A stretch of 64,000 bases of DNA from Mobula hypostoma (Eukaryota), in the NCBI RefSeq assembly GCF_963921235.1, contig NC_086097.1, positions 102,488,001 to 102,552,000 of the forward strand. The letters run 5' to 3'. Positions 36,362-51,082 of this stretch are shown piece by piece. Within the stretch, counting starts at the first letter, position 1. Every line of letters begins with the position of its first letter. Below the pieces are notes generated by a model. The model was not told where the DNA came from. It did not search any database and worked only from the letters and a program-made list of their open reading frames with translations. Both the position numbers and the translations under genes were made by a program.

Positions 36362-37617
36362 CAGTAACAAAGTGAATGTGTAAACTGCTTCACTCTCCCA
36401 TCCTTCCATTCCAGCCCACTTATCTCATGGATAAATAGCAGCAAGCATGTAAAGGAATATTTCTTTAACTGGCACCAGCAAGACAGTGTGCTGTTTTTGA
36501 CCTTCCTCTCAAGGAAGTGTCTATTGTAGATATTCTTTTTCTTTTTTTTTACACCGAACTAGTCTGCAATATCCTTTGTTCACATCAACACTTGGCGGTA
36601 AGTTTTGTTTTCTGTATTCACAATGATTTGATTTATTTAATAGTCTGTAAGATTATTGAATGTTATAAAAGTGTACTATATTTGGCATTTCTTTAGATTT
36701 TGTAACTGCACTAATCATTAGCTTAAATTTGAAATACTACAAGTTATAAAATGAAATACATCTTGAATCTATTTCTCAACTGGATCATTTTTTTGTGTAT
36801 ACACTCAGTTAACATTTCACTCCATTTGAGTGTCTTCTGTAGCAACTCTCCCCTTCTCTTTCCCTGTTAACCTCAGAATTTTTCTTCCTTCAAGCATTTG
36901 GCCAACTTCCTTCTGAACATTGATACTAAAGCAGTTCAAACAGCTTGGGTCAGTTTAGGTTTTAGAGGGGAATATGTCATATACAGCAGAAGGGGTTATT
37001 TGTCCTGTTAAGCCTGACTTGGAATTATGAAGGCATGTTTTGATTCCATTTTTTGAAAGAAATTTTGGATTGATTTTAAGAATTGCTTGCTTTCTCTGAA
37101 TTTATGAATAGAGGTTCATTGCTCGGTCCTGGGCAAATAATTTGTTCTGGGAACTTCATCAGTTACGTGGAAACTTAAGTTACGTTGCATTTTATTTTTA
37201 CTGTTAACAGTTGATTGTTCAGTAAATTTTAAATGGGTGTTCTCTGCTCATTGTTTTGGGGATGTGCAAATGGATGAGGATTAATGCAATTTATGAGGAA
37301 CTGTATCTGAGATATACTAATTAATGGTTCTTTGTTTTAAAATCAACAAATGAATAAAGGCTAATGCTGTGAAACCATTGAGGTGGGGTAAAGTTGCATT
37401 CATATGGCATATTTAAATTACAGGTGATTTTGAAATATGTCATAAGTCAGCAATTTTTTATGTGTGGAAACAAGTCAATTTTGAAATATGGCGTACAGAG
37501 GCTCCGATAAACAATACTTCTTCATTTTAAGGAATAAAGTCAGGACCTGTGGAAATTCCCCTGTTCATACTACGGAGGAATTTACACAAGTGAAAAAACA
37601 AATACCATGGCAAAGAT

Positions 37618-39584
37618 TAGTGGTCGCCAACCACCGGGCTGTGAAGCATGTGCTACCGGGACACGAGGAAACGATATGAGTCAGCTGCACCTTTCCTCAT
37701 TCCCTGTCACGCCCACTGTTGAACTTAAACGCACGCGAGGTCATCAGTCGGCCATTAACCTACAACTACTCGATGAGTAAAAAAAAACAAATGTTGCTTG
37801 AGAGTTTCTTTGGAAGAGATGGTAGGGGACATAAAAGGCCTAACGATGATGATAACGCAGAGACACCTGAGGCTGAGACTGCAAGAAAAGAAAGCTTCCT
37901 TCAACAGAAAATACGACGATTCGTACATAAAATATGGCTTTATTGTGACCGGTGACTCGCACGCTCCAAGCCCCCTGTGTGTGATATGTGGAGACAAGCT
38001 GTCTAATGAGGCAATGAAGCCCTCAAAACTGCTTCGGCACCTTGGGTCCAAGCACCCTGCACTTAAAGACAAACCCATTTGAGTTTTTTGAGTGGAAAAA
38101 ACGTGAGCAAGCGGGACAGAAGCAAGTGCTGAGAGCCACCACCTCCACAAATGCTGCTGCTCTGAGAGCATCGTACTTAGTGACTGGCCGTATTGCTAAG
38201 GCTAAGAAGCCTTTCGCTGTTGGTGAAGAATTGATTCTGCCTGCTGCCAAGGACATGTGCCATGAACTGTTGGGAGAGGCTGCAGCTAATAAGATGGCAC
38301 AGGTTTCTCTTTCAGCGACCACAGTTTCAAGAAGAATCGATGATATAGTGGAGGACGTCGAAGCACAGCTGGTGGAACGGCTTAACAAGTCTGGTTTCAC
38401 TATCCAAGTCAAAGAGGTTGCTCCTGAATGCCAGTCTACACACAGGGAAATGCTGGCTAGCCAAAAAATGTCACCTGATCTTAACAGCCTATTGAGTAAC
38501 GTTGTTGAAGTTATAAATCACATCAAAACAAAAGCCCTTAACTCACGTCTGTTTGAGCAGCTTTGCGAGGAAATGGATGCAGAGCATTAACGCCTTCTCT
38601 CATTGAAGTCAGGTGGCTATCAAGGGGAAGAGCCCTGGCCAGAGTTTTTGAGTTAAGAGAGCAGCTACAGAGATCTCTTACAGGAAAAAAGTCACCACTG
38701 GCAGCAAACTTCAGTGATGAGGAGTGGATAGCAGAACTCACTTATCTGTGTGACATCTTCAACCTGCTCAATGAACTCAATTTGTCACTTCAGAGGAGAA
38801 TGATAATTGTCTTCAAATTGGCAGATAGTGTCTGCTTTCAAAGCTAAACTGGAACTGTGGGGACGGCGAGTGGACAGGGACATATTTGACATGTTCCCAA
38901 CATTAGCTGGGATGTTGGGAGAGACTGAGGCTGCACCGTCTTTCTCACAGCTGGTGCGTGATCACCTATCTTCGCTGTCGACAGAATTCGAGCATTACTT
39001 CCCAACCGCAAATGACCCAAGACATGCAAAGGAATGGGTCTGTGACCCATTTGTGAATGTCCCCGGTGAATCATCCATGTCAGCGTGGGAAGAAGATCAA
39101 CTCCTCAAGCTTGCAAATGACGGTGGGCTGAAAAGTATGTTTGACATAACATCTCTGCTGGCATTCTGGATCAAAGTCAAGGCTGAATATCCTGAGATAG
39201 CCACGAAAGCACTGAAAACGTTGTTTTCATTTCCAACATCACATCGCTGCGAAGCGGAGTTTTCTGCAATTAATGCAAAAGAAACCAAATTCCAAATAGA
39301 CTGGACATAAAGAACCCCCTTATGACTTATAATTGATTTATCACTATACTGATGCAAGGAAAATATGCGCTGTGTGTTTAATATTAAATTGGTTAGATAA
39401 ACCCTTCTAGAAACGAAATTGAGTGTATTAGCCACTGATAAGTGACTTATAGTTGACTTATCACCTATATTCCAGTGGTGATTAACACGTCCCCCCCCCC
39501 CACCCCCGCACCCTGTTGGCCGGTCCGCAAGAATATTGTCAATATTAAACCGGTCTGCGGTGCAAAAAAGGTTGGGGACCCCTG
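37618..39584 (+). mobile_element. hAT-Charlie/Buster DNA transposon, internally deleted
   Basis: TIRs tagtggtcgccaacc / ggttggggacccctg and a perfect 8 bp TSD gcaaagat (37610-37617, 39585-39592). BED finger CVICGDKLSNEAMKPSKLLRH, EVRWLSRG, and an hATC region FPTSHRCEAEFS. Frameshifted. Confidence 0.93.
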
Positions 39585-40406
39585 GCAAAGATGATCCATT
39601 TGTATTTTTAGATGAAAGAAGGTTAAATTGGTAAACTGTAATGTGAAATGGTTTAGGTCTCAATTACTTGTTTAAGTTTATTGATAATACAAAGGTAATA
39701 GTTAATAGCATTGAGGGCCTCATTCAGATTGGGCACAATTAGTTATCTTATCTATGCACACCTAAGAAATTGTGTTGCTTTCTCTTAATTATGTTTCTTG
39801 TGTCCTAATCACGTAACTTCACCTCAGTGGCAGATGTTGTCTTAATCTTGGCCGAAAGCAATTGCTCAGTACTACACTGGGCTCTTGCTTTGGCTTGTAT
39901 CCTCTGATATATGGATAGGAGCTTTGAACCATAATTTTGAGAGCTACAGTCCATCTGCTCATGGTGAAAATTCAGCCCACAACACACAATTTTGTCTGCA
40001 TGTTTCCTTATTTCAATCACATTCAATAGAAGCAAGTGTAATACTTTGTGATTGGTGACATATACTGTTTTATGTATTCTAGTTATGTTAATGTAATTGA
40101 TTATAAACGATTAATTGTATTCAAGCCCAGCTAATGCAGAAAGTTGGATGTCTATCCACCTTTAATGATATGAAACCTACAATAACTTTTTCATCCATGG
40201 GATGGATTTTTAGGTAATGAATTCAGACCACCTTACAGAATGATATATTGACTGGTACTGCATCATTCATCATGTGGAGCAGAAATTCTGCATTGAATTC
40301 AGTCTTTTCATGTTTGTAGTACTCACCCTTTAGGATGGGCAATTTTCTTATTTATAGTGGGTGAGGCGAGGAGGAGAAATGCTTAGCTATTTAACCACGT
40401 GGGTAT

Positions 40407-40610
40407 CACACACAAAATACTTGAGGAACTCAGCAGGCCAGACAGCATCTAGGAAAAGAGTACAGTTGACGTTTCAGGCGGGAACCCTTTGGCAGGACCG
40501 AAACGTCGACTATACTTTTTTCCTAGATGCCGTCGGGCCTGCTGAGTTCCTCCAGCATTTTGTGTGTGTTGCTCAGATTTCCAGCACCTGCAGATTTTCT
40601 CTTGTTTGTG
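40407..40610. mobile_element. Short PLE-terminus fold-back element
   Basis: gaggaactcagcagg...gacgtttc is inverted against gaaacgtcgac...cctgctgagttcctc. No convincing TSD. Confidence 0.7.
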
Positions 40611-40685
40611 ATTGGCTATGGGTAGAATTCTTTTGTTCATTTTTGCAATTTGCAGCTTTTAAGTTCCAGTAAGTTTCTTCTAACT

Positions 40686-41930
40686 CAGTGTATCCCAACC
40701 TTTTTTTAGCTCAACGCGCCCCTGCCCCCTCCAAACACCTTCATACTTGCCAACACGCCTCTTAGGCACAATATACTTTCCAGCTCCCCCATAGTGTAAA
40801 AACATGTCTACCATATGCTAACATGAGAAAAATTAATCTGCTTAAAATTTTTGTCTTTAAACCTAGCCTGCACAGTACCTTCGATGTCAATGTGATCCTT
40901 GAGCTTGATGGTTTTTAGCAAGAGTTGAAACATGTGGTTCAAGTTGTGACAGCAAAAGTTTCAAGTCCCCACATGTAACAATGTCCAAGCGGTTTTTCTG
41001 TTTTCTTTGTGTGAGTATGTAGTGCACTGCACTGAAGCCTCTTTAAACAAGGTAGGAGGATGGAAATACAATGAGAAGTAATTTGGCTCTTCTCCAAAGA
41101 CCATGACAGTGTAGCCACGTACCACAAAAGCTGTCGTTTTTGAAAAGCATTTTTGCTTCATCATTCTGAATATTGATAACTTGCAAGCTTTCTTCCTGTT
41201 CTTCCACCTTGCAAAGAAATGGGTTAATTACCCAGGCCGGAATTTCGCACAAACCATTGAATTTATTCTGAAAATCCTTCAGTAACTGCAGGTGTAAGCA
41301 GTTCTCTTGCAAATCACCATTTGTGAAAGGGTGCATTCTTCTCCAATGCTCCACCAGAAGTGGACACTGCACTTTTTGCGTGGATTAAATTGAAATTCTG
41401 ACCCTGCAGTTTCTTATTTAGAATGTTCATTATGTCATACAGACAGCTAATATGCCACACCTCCATGTGGATGTTCAATCTTATTTCCCAAGCTCTTGTT
41501 GACTTTGAGCAAAAATTCAACCACAGTGCCAAAAAGATCAAAGAAACATTTTAAGCAGCGGCCTTTTGACAGCCAGTGCACTTCGGTGTGAAGAAGCAAG
41601 TGTTCAAACTCTTCATCGTTATCCTGACATAACTGGCAAAATATTCTGCTGTTTAATGGATGAACTTTAATTTTGTTGATAGCAGATACTACAAGAGTCA
41701 TGCTTGAAAAAAGTTGCTGGCTGTGGTTTTTGGCTGTGAGATGTTGATGATGAATTACACAATGGATTGCAAACAAACATGAAATTAATTTTTTATATAA
41801 ATGCTACTAAACTAGCATGGTGACCTTTCATATGTGATGCTCCACCTGTTGCACAGGAAATCATGTTCCTAATTGGAATACTTTTATCCTCAATATACAT
41901 TTTGAGTTCATTGTAGATTGATTCTCCAAT
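40686..41930 (-). mobile_element. Degraded hAT (Buster/ZBED8-like) transposon
   Basis: TIR-like cagtgtatcccaacc at 40686. Minus-strand AIHCVIHHQHL, HTEVHWLSKG and FPSSYLV. Confidence 0.8.
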
Positions 41931-44169
41931 GCCTAAGTAGCCTTTTCCTGGTGTCTTTTACCGAAGTGTTCCTGCAATCTTGGTTTCGTGGTTTCATGAT
42001 TAGATAGTACAGTATTACAAATAGACACATGGGGTGTTGCTGATTACAACGGAATAAAACCATACTCCAGGTAGGTAACATTGTATTGACACACTTTCTA
42101 TAGTTTGTTTCTTAGCAGGATTAAAATTCAAGGCTTCACCACCTTCAGTCTAAAAGAGATTGTGCCATACATCTAATCCATCATTAACAGGGCTAAATTA
42201 AAATAAAAAATTGGGAATGCCTATTGGATGTTAAAAATGGCAGTGAGATGACACGGATGAAACGATGATAGTAGCGAGGCAAAACTGAAAATGATCATAT
42301 CTGTGAAAATTACATTGGCAAGGATTCAGATTGGAATCTGAATTAGTCAGGATAGAGCTGGTGTTTGACAAGTTACCTTTGTACTATTTCAGTTGGCACA
42401 ATTGAACTAAGGTCTCAGTATGCACAAAGATGGTTCTTGATCGTACATATGAAGCTGGGGTTGGCAGGTTCACTGGCTCTATTTCACCGTTTGGTTCTGG
42501 CCAGTGCTGTATTGTATGGTGACCTGTTTACCGTAGATCTGTAGAGAAAGTTGAGGGGATGTACTTGACTTACCAACTGTTAAATTGCATGAAATCGTTC
42601 CGTGCTGCAAGTCAAGGGGAACTGTTGGGCACCCAATAACGTCTGTCTAGTTGGTAAGGTCGGATTCCAGAGTTTCAGACACATTGTGACAACGAATGTA
42701 CACCGCCTGCAGAGCTGTGATTGTTCCAGTGCCTCATCCTTTTACTCTACTAGCAGTTGGTCTGGTCTCGTGCATCAAGTTGGGTGCTGCTTACTGTTTC
42801 TCCCCCCCCCCCAGGAATCTTGAATGCCCCTTCCTCCCAGCAACTTCTATTTCCCCTAATGCCCTCTTAGGACATGTAACTGCCTCCATGGGAATCACTT
42901 TTATAACTGCTTGATGTGGCTAGTGACAGGTTTTTGGGGAAGAAAATCGGGGAGCAATAGAAGAGAGGGGACTCAAATGGGAGGGGTTTTTGAAAGGTGG
43001 GACTTGTAGAGGGTGGGGAGGGATTTGGGGACCATGGGTATGGGAAGGTGACCTTTGGTTGGAGAGGCGGTTTGGGGAGAGGACTGAGAGAAAAGGGGCT
43101 TGGAACAAGAGATTGTAATTTGGAGTAAAAGAAGAGGGAACAGGGTTGAGGGGCCTTTTGATTTCCTTTGAAGAGGGAGGAAGACAAACAACAATGTGCT
43201 AATGTCAAAATGCAGGCTTTGACAACCAAATACATTAATCTTTTTACTGTTTCCTGTGCTATCCTCTATTCCTTAATTTCCAGGTATTTCCATATCATTT
43301 TTGAAGAGGAGAGGCCATACTGGATCTGGTATGAGGTAATGAGCCAGGTTGGGTGAAAGATCTCTTGATGGGTGAGCACTTGGAGAGAGTGACCACAGCT
43401 CCCTGACCTTTACCATAGTCTTGGAGAGGGATAGGAGCAGATGGTATGGGAAAGTAATTGGAGGAGGGGGAATTATGTTATTAGGCAGGAATTTGGAGCA
43501 TAAATTGTGAATATGTATGCAAAGGAATGCACAAAGGAAATGTGGAGGTTGTCTAGGAAGCACTTGTATAGGGTCTGGGTAGGTTTATCTCATTGAGGCA
43601 GGGAAAGGATGGTAGGTGAAGGAGCCATGGTTGACGAGATGTGAAACATCTAGTAAGTTTAGGAAGTAAGGATCAGACGGGGCTCTAGAGAACTACATCA
43701 CTGTAGAAGTGAGTGCAACTGGGTGATAGTTGTTGAGGCACCTTGCCCTGTTCTTGGGCACTGGTGTAATTGATACCCTTTTGAAGCAGGTGGGAAGCTC
43801 CAGCTGCACACACTCACTTTCTGGCTGGCACAGGTTTTCAGTGCCCAAGCAGGTACACCATTGGAGCCTTATGACTTGCGAGGGTTCACCCTCATCATTG
43901 ATGTTCTGTTATAGGCCTCTGAGACAGGGGCCACAGGGCCATCAAATCCTGCAGGGATTCGCACGTGCAGTTTTATTCTTCCTTTCAAAGTGTGCATAAA
44001 AGGTGTATACCTTATCTGGAATGAAGCTTCACAGCCATTTATGATAGGTTTAGCCTTGTAGGAAGAAACAGCCTATAAACCCCGCCAGAGTTGCCATGCT
44101 TCCAATTCCATCTCTAACTTCAGCTGGAATTATTATTTTGCTCTTAAAATAGCCTCATGATGGTGTAGC

Positions 44170-45105
44170 TCAGGTGTTGGTGTTGGGACTGTTTCTCTTC
44201 ATGTATGTCAAATGACAGAATTGTTGGCTTTCTGGCCAGGTTTGAAGACGATACAAAGATGAGTGGAGGGGTAAGTAGTGTTGAGGAAGCAGGGAGTCTG
44301 CAGAAGTCTTTGACATTAGGAGAATGGGCAAAAAAGTGGCAGATGGAATATAGTGAATGGAAGTGTACGGTTATTGACTGGAAGAAGGAATAAGGGGGAA
44401 TTCAAAAATCTGAGTGCAAAGTAACTTGGGAGTCCTTGTGCAGGATTATCTGAAGGTTAACTTGCAGGCTGAGCTGGTGGTAAGGAAGGTAAATAAAATG
44501 TCGGCATTCATTTCGAGAGGATTAGATTACAAGAGATGGATGTGATGCTGAAGTTTTATAATGCATTGGTCAGACCGTACTTAGACTGTTGTAAGAGGGT
44601 TGTGAGCCCCTTATCTAAGATGTGCTAGCATTGGAGAGGGTCCTGAGGAGGTTCTGGGAATGATTGCAGGAATGAAAGGGTTGATGCATGTTTGAACATT
44701 TGATGGCTGTGGGCTTGTACTTGCTGGAGGTTAGAAGAATGAAGGGGGGAAATCTCATTTAAGCCTACTGAATTTTGAAAGGCCTAGACAGCGAATGTGA
44801 AGAGGATGTTTCCTACAGTGGGTGAGTCGAAGTCCAGTGGGAAATCTATTTAGAACAGATGAGGAATTTCTTTAGCCAGAAGGTCATAAATCTGTGGTAT
44901 TCGTTGCCACAGATGGATGAGGAGGTCAAGTCATTGAATATATTTGAAGTGGAGGTTGATAGGTTCTTGATTAAGGGGGTCAAAGGTTACATGGAGAAGG
45001 CAGGAGAATGGGGCTGAGAGGGATAATAAATCAGCCATGATGGAACAGTGGAGAAAACTTGATGGGCCAAGTGGCCTAATTCTGCTTCATGTCTTGTGGT
45101 CCCTC
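44170..45105 (+). mobile_element. CR1 3' relic
   Basis: FEDDTK and WAKKWQMEY, followed by a CR1-type 3' UTR. Confidence 0.75.
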
Positions 45106-45373
45106 ACGATGCATCACTTGCTATCCCTAATCAGACAATATTTCTCCAAGTGTCTGTAAATCTCGTCTCTAAGAGTCTTCAAAAATTTGCCCACCACTGA
45201 AGTAAGATTCTGTTCTCGGGTTTTGCAAGCGTTAGTCCTTCTTCCTTTCTTGAACAAAGGCATAATATTTGCAATTCTCCAATCTTCTGGTACCATTCTG
45301 GCCAGTGAAGAAGCAAAGATAATTGCCAAACATAGAGCAATCTCTTCCCTGCTTCCTGTAGTAACCAGGGGTA

Positions 45374-46877
45374 CAGGTTTCCCCCGCCAACCGAAGGTAG
45401 AGCGTTCCTATGAAACAGTTCATAAGCCAAAATGTCGTAAAGCGAAGAAGCAATTACCATTTATTTATATGGGAAAATTTTGTGAGTGTTTGCAGACCCA
45501 AAAATAACCTACCAAATCATGCCAAATAACATATAAAACCTAAAATAACAGTAACATTTAGTAAAAACAGGAATGATATGATTAATACACGGTCTATATA
45601 AAGTAGAAATACTTTTCCACAATCATTGCTGGCACTGTTCGCCGAAGCAAAAATCTCAGCAAGCACTCTTCAGTAACCTTTAAGCTATGAAGTTGCCAAA
45701 TCATACCAAATAACACGTAAAAATACACAGCCCATATAAAGTAGAAATAATGTATGTACAGTGTAGTATCACTTACCGGAATCGGGAAGACAGCTTGCCG
45801 ATGGTGTGTTAGACTGAGTTGTCGCAGGCTGGGGTGGTGCAGTGGCCCCCACCCTCCAGGCCGCCGACCGATACATTGCTGCGAGGCACGCAGGAGTCCA
45901 GCGGTAGCCCGGAGGCACACAGCACATATTTAAGAAAAAAGCCGAAATAAACACGTAATTGTCGGCTCAGATCAGTGCCGATTGCTGATTGCATCGCCTC
46001 TGATCTGGGCCAACATTTACATGTGGGGCGGCACCTAATTAATTAATGTTTATTTCGGCTTTTTTCTTAAAGATGTGCTGTGGGTCTTCCGGCTACTGCT
46101 GCATTCTCCGCGAATCGGTACTATATCTGTCCGCGGCTTGGGTGTTGGGGTGGTGGGACACTGGGGTGTTATCTCGTCGTCTGTTTCCATTAGAGCAGGT
46201 GGCTCATCTTCTCCTATGACTGCCCGCCTCGATGTCGGAAGGTCGAGGTTCATCGTCTGCTGTGGCTGATGTGGAAGGCTTGTTTGACTGCTGAGCCTCG
46301 CGCATTTTTCTATCATACAGTTCTTTGAAGGACTGAAACCATCTTGCAAATATCCCCTAAAATGACGTGCCTTTTCAAAATTAAAGTCGTACTTTATCAT
46401 TGCAGCGAAAATCTCATGCAGTGGCTTTACATACATTTTGCTACTGCATTCGGTTTCGATTGTTATCCTTTCCTCTTCCAATTGCATCAGCTCTTCATCT
46501 ATCAGTTCTTGGTCATGAGATGCCAAAACTTCTTCAACATTATCTTTGTCACTTCCACAAGTCAAACTCACTTTGTCCTTACTTCGTTCACCACAATCAA
46601 AATGCTTAATTGCGTCTAAGTTTTACGCTAAATGTAACACCCTTACGAGCTCTTTCAGGCTTTTCTCAGAACTCATCTTGCAAACGGCTGCTCAATGCAA
46701 CGTGTTAAAGCAATCCCGTTCCAAATCCGGGGGAGAGCGGCTGTGGCTTTTTATTGCGCACTGATTTTTTTCGTAACGGTGAAAACACTTTCTGAAAGCA
46801 AAAACAGGGTACTAATGTAGGCCTTTCATAACAGTGAGGTTTCGTAAAGCGAACGTTCGAAAAGCGTGGGATACCTG
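45374..46877 (-). mobile_element. Tigger/pogo-like non-autonomous DNA transposon
   Basis: TIRs caggtttcccccgc / gcgtgggatacctg with TA TSDs (45372-73, 46878-79). Acidic C-terminal remnant DNVEEVLASHDQELIDEELMQLEE. Confidence 0.8.
45840..46163. mobile_element. Probable palindromic hAT MITE nested in the Tigger-like element
   Basis: Degenerate hAT-type ends (cagtggcccccacc... / ...ggacactg). Internal inverted repeat at 45903-45952 vs 46047-46097. Homologous to 51747-51890. Confidence 0.55.
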
Positions 46878-49800
46878 TATATCCCATCTGGCTCCAGGGA
46901 CTTAACTATCCTAAAGTTTTTCAGAAGTTCCTGCATATCCTCTCATTATTTTTTTTCCCCAAGTATGAGCCTGTTTTATTTTGTCCTCAGACACAAGGTT
47001 CCCCTCACTGGTGAGAACTGGAGAAAAATATACATTAAGGATACCTCAGTTTTTTCTTTTATTTTGCATTTTTTGCGCTAATCTATAATTTTTAAAAAAG
47101 TGAGGTAACATTCATGGGTTGGTTCTTAGTCTTTTCAGAAATCTGATGCAGAAGGAAAGAAGCTGTTTGTAAAACATTGAGTGTGTGCCTTGAGGCTCCT
47201 ATACCACCACCTTGATGGCAGCAATGAGAAGTAGGCAAAGAAATCCAATCTTTAGAAAGAAATGAAATCTGATTAGAAGATGTGATTCCTTGTGGGTAGA
47301 ATTAAGAAACTGCAAGGGTACAAAGATCCTGGTGGGAGATATATACAGGCCCCCAAACAGTAGTTAGGATGTGGGGTGCAAATATCTTGTGATATAGTGT
47401 GGAACATGCCCTTCCAGCCCACCGAGGTTTGCTGCCCAGCAACCCACCAATTTAACCTTGGTCTAATCACAGGACAATTTACAATGACCAATTAGCATAC
47501 TGCCTGGTATGTCTTTGATCGTGGGAGGAAACCAGAGCACCTGGAGGAAACCCAGGTGTTCATAGGGAATAGGCGGTGCTGGAATTGATCTCTGCCAAGA
47601 GCTATAATAGTGTAGCAGTCAAACTTGATAAAAATTGTAAGAGTTGAGGCACAAACCCTGATTCCTGTACTACTAAAGTTTCTAAGAAACATCTGCTTAT
47701 TCCTATTTTGTTTCAAAACAACTCTCAATTCATGTTAGTATAATATACAAAGCTTCTTTGTAGCCTGTCCTTGTTGATCAGCCTCCTGTGTGGGACTCCA
47801 CCACTTTAACCTTTCTGTCATCGTTCGCATTGTTTATTGAGAAGAGAGTGTGGAAACAAGCAGGGGTTTGCAGGGCAAATACAACAGTTTGGATAATGGG
47901 AAAAACTCATTTGGTTTGATTGTTCATCTTTGAAATGTGGGTTCAGGTCCATGCGATGAAAACCTCATTGCTGAAATTATCAGTCATTGGTTGTGTGGAA
48001 ATAAAGCAAAAACAGTGTGTGAAGACACAAGACTGCAATTGCTAGAATCTGGAACAAAAATTAAATTGCTGGAGGAACTCAGTGGGTCAAGCAGCATCTG
48101 TGGAGGCAAGAGGATAGCTGACATTTTGATTTGAGACCCTGCATCAGTACTGAGAATGCAGAGGGGGTTTGTGTAACAGTAGCTGTAAGATGTTCATCAT
48201 GGGAAATTGATCAGAAGGAAAGGATTTTCCATCTTTAAGAACCTTGTTTGCTTAATTTTTAGTGTCTGGCAGTACAGCCTAAGGAAGGACTTGGCTAGCT
48301 TTGTCATTATGATAAGTGAAGGAATTGAGCTCAATCCAGAGTGAGAATTTAAAAGAATCTGATATTGAAAATGATAAAAAATTGTTGATTGGCATCAACA
48401 TTGTGTAAATAATGAACAAATTAAGTTTTGCTCATGCCGTTTGAGCAAAATAATCTTGCTGTTCACTTTTGATTTATCTGGGACTCTTGTTCTATTATAT
48501 TGACATACAAAGTGGTCCAACGAACTTGGTTGTGCCGGCAAGATAATCTGAATGGCATTGCCAGTAAATAAGCCTGTGACAGGCCCATTCTTGTTTGGAG
48601 ACTGTCGTTATTTTTCTGCTCAGAAAGGCTGACTCTGGCACTCAGAGCTGTGATGGTAGGTACATTGTGGTATTATTGTAGTGTACTTGGATGCAGTGGC
48701 TACTTTTGGTCCACTGCAACCAAGCTGAACCTGGACAACTTGCCATCTATTCTACAGTCATGCATTCAGGGACTTGGGCTATATTTTGTTTGTTCTTTGA
48801 CTGTGTTTCTGAAATTATGACCATATGTGCTATTTGTGCTATGTGCTGTTGGTAATTAATTTTGCGCCTTGGCCCTGGAGGAACACTTTTGTTTGGCGAT
48901 ATTCATGCATGGTTGAATGATAATTAAACTTAAACTCATGGGGTTCATTGGTAAAATGTACTGTTAATTTGTTTTTTGCATATGCATGCTGTATCTTAGG
49001 TCATCTATTTTTTAAAATTGTTTCCAAGAATACTATCAATAGATTTGACTGACTTTTGGATTATTGTGAATGTTGAGCTTTCGAAGTAGAAAGCCTGGGT
49101 CAGCGTGTCAGCTTCTATTAGCACAGTGGACCACATTTTCAGAGGGACTTTTTTCTTTGCCAGTGGTTGCACTGATTAACCTGAAGCCAGGCTGCATTGT
49201 GGTCTGCACTGGAAGAAATGACCAAATCCAGGATCTGGGAAGCTGGATTCTTCTTCATGAGTGGTGATCTCAGGCCAGTGGAATAATTGCCCAAACAATG
49301 GCTCCAAAACTGCTATAGTGGTTTGTGAATACCTTACAGCATCTTCATGGTCTAACTATAAATGTTAATCTAACCAACCTTGCATGTCTCAAATTCAGTC
49401 TTGTAGTACAGAAGTAGGCCCTTTGGTTCAACTGGTCTGTGCTGACCAAGTTGCCCATTCAGGCTAGCGTTTGGCTTGCATCCTTCTGAACTTTTCTTAT
49501 CCATGTCCCATCCAAATGTCTTTTCAATGTTGTTATACTTGCCTCAGCCACTTCCCATAACAGCTTATTCCATATATACATATTAATTTTAAAAATTAAA
49601 GTTCCTATTAAATATTTCTTGTCTCCTTGTATGTCTTATTCTTGATTCGTCTTCACTGGGACTAAGACTATGAGTATTCACCCTATCAATACCCCTCATG
49701 ATTTTTTACACTTCTATTGGTTCTAAGGAATAAAGTCCTAGCCTACTGAACCTCTCCCTGTAGCTTAGGCCCTCAAGTCCTGACAACATCCTCATACCTT

Positions 49801-51082
49801 CTCTGCATTATTTCCAGTTTAATAGTGTCTTTCTTAAAACAGAGTGACTACTGAAGTTAAACACAGTACTCTGTATGTTGGTAGCACACTGATATGTTCT
49901 CTCCATGACCACGTGGATTTTCTCTCTGGTTGCTCTCGTTCCTTCCCATAGTCCAAAAACCTACTAGTTAGTAGGTTAATTGGTCATTGTAAATGTCCTG
50001 TAATTAGGCTAGTGCCTAACAGATGGGTTGCTGGCTGGTGCAGCTCTTTGGGTCAGAAAAGCCTGTTCTGTGCTGTATCTCTAAATAAAATAAATGTCCC
50101 AACTTGTATACTCAGTACCCTGACTAATAAAGGCAAGTATGCCTAATGCAAACTTCACCCTGTTAACTGTGATACTGCTGTCAGAAAACTATGTACAGTA
50201 CTTGAACTCCTCTGTTCCATAACACTTCTCAGGAGCTAACTGTTCACTGTATAAGTTTTATTCTGGTTTGATTTCCCAAACTACAACACTTTACCCTTAT
50301 TGTTGAAAAATGCCATCCGAAAAATAAACCCCAGCTTCAAACAACCAAACTTTCAACTTCCACCCACCAAAAATTATAAGGGCAACAGACACAGAAATGG
50401 GCAGGTAACTGTGCTCTCTGCTTCAATGTCCTAAGGAAACTTAGCACTGATTTTTCATTGTTGCTGGTTAAAAATGGCAGTGACTTACACTAGTATGGTG
50501 CAATCTTTACTATAAGTGGTTCAACTGGTGAAGCAATTTAGTTGTGGGTATTGAAATCATTCTTTCCAGCAATGCCTACAACCCTTGGTGGGGTGATAGA
50601 CCTGGGCGAGTTTTTAAAGTGGGAAAACTATTGCACTGGGGCATTTCCACTCTTTCTAACTTGGAGGTCCAAGTCCAGTGGTACAAAATAGTTGTCATAA
50701 AACAGGGGACTTGGTTGCAGTAGATTACCAAGACATCTTCTGTGCCTTGTCATGTCCTTCGCTCTCCATGAAGTGTTGCAGAACTGCCTTCCTGCCTGTT
50801 GGATCTCGTTGTTTATCTCATCCGCCCAGTCTGCCAGAGCTGACCTCGCATGCTCGGACAGGCATGTTCCTGTCTCTCTGGGGGATGAGGCCAGCCGGCT
50901 ACCTTCACCTGGTTTCGCCTACCTGGAGAATGGTGTACTGGGTTGCATGCAAACAGCCACTTGGAGCCACAGTGTCCAGTTGGGACCAAAGGTGAGTGAA
51001 CTTCCCCAGAATGGACAAGACAAGACAAGCCCCTTCATGAGAGGTGCTACCCCTCCCTTGACATCCCATACACCCCCTACAT

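Larger units (their letters stand above)
45110..47050 (-). mobile_element. CR1 fragment split by a Tigger-like element
   Basis: VPEDWRIANIMPLFKKG. The sequence ggggta|tatcccatctggc is continuous across the insertion. Confidence 0.7.

Noticed and set aside
38042..39310. Domesticated SCAND3/ZBED5/ZBED8-like gene
   Set aside because: Frameshifts, stops, an internal deletion, and retained TIRs and TSD indicate a dead transposon.
42920..43180. Purine-rich tract with Pro-rich antisense ORFs
   Set aside because: Low complexity; no coding or family evidence.
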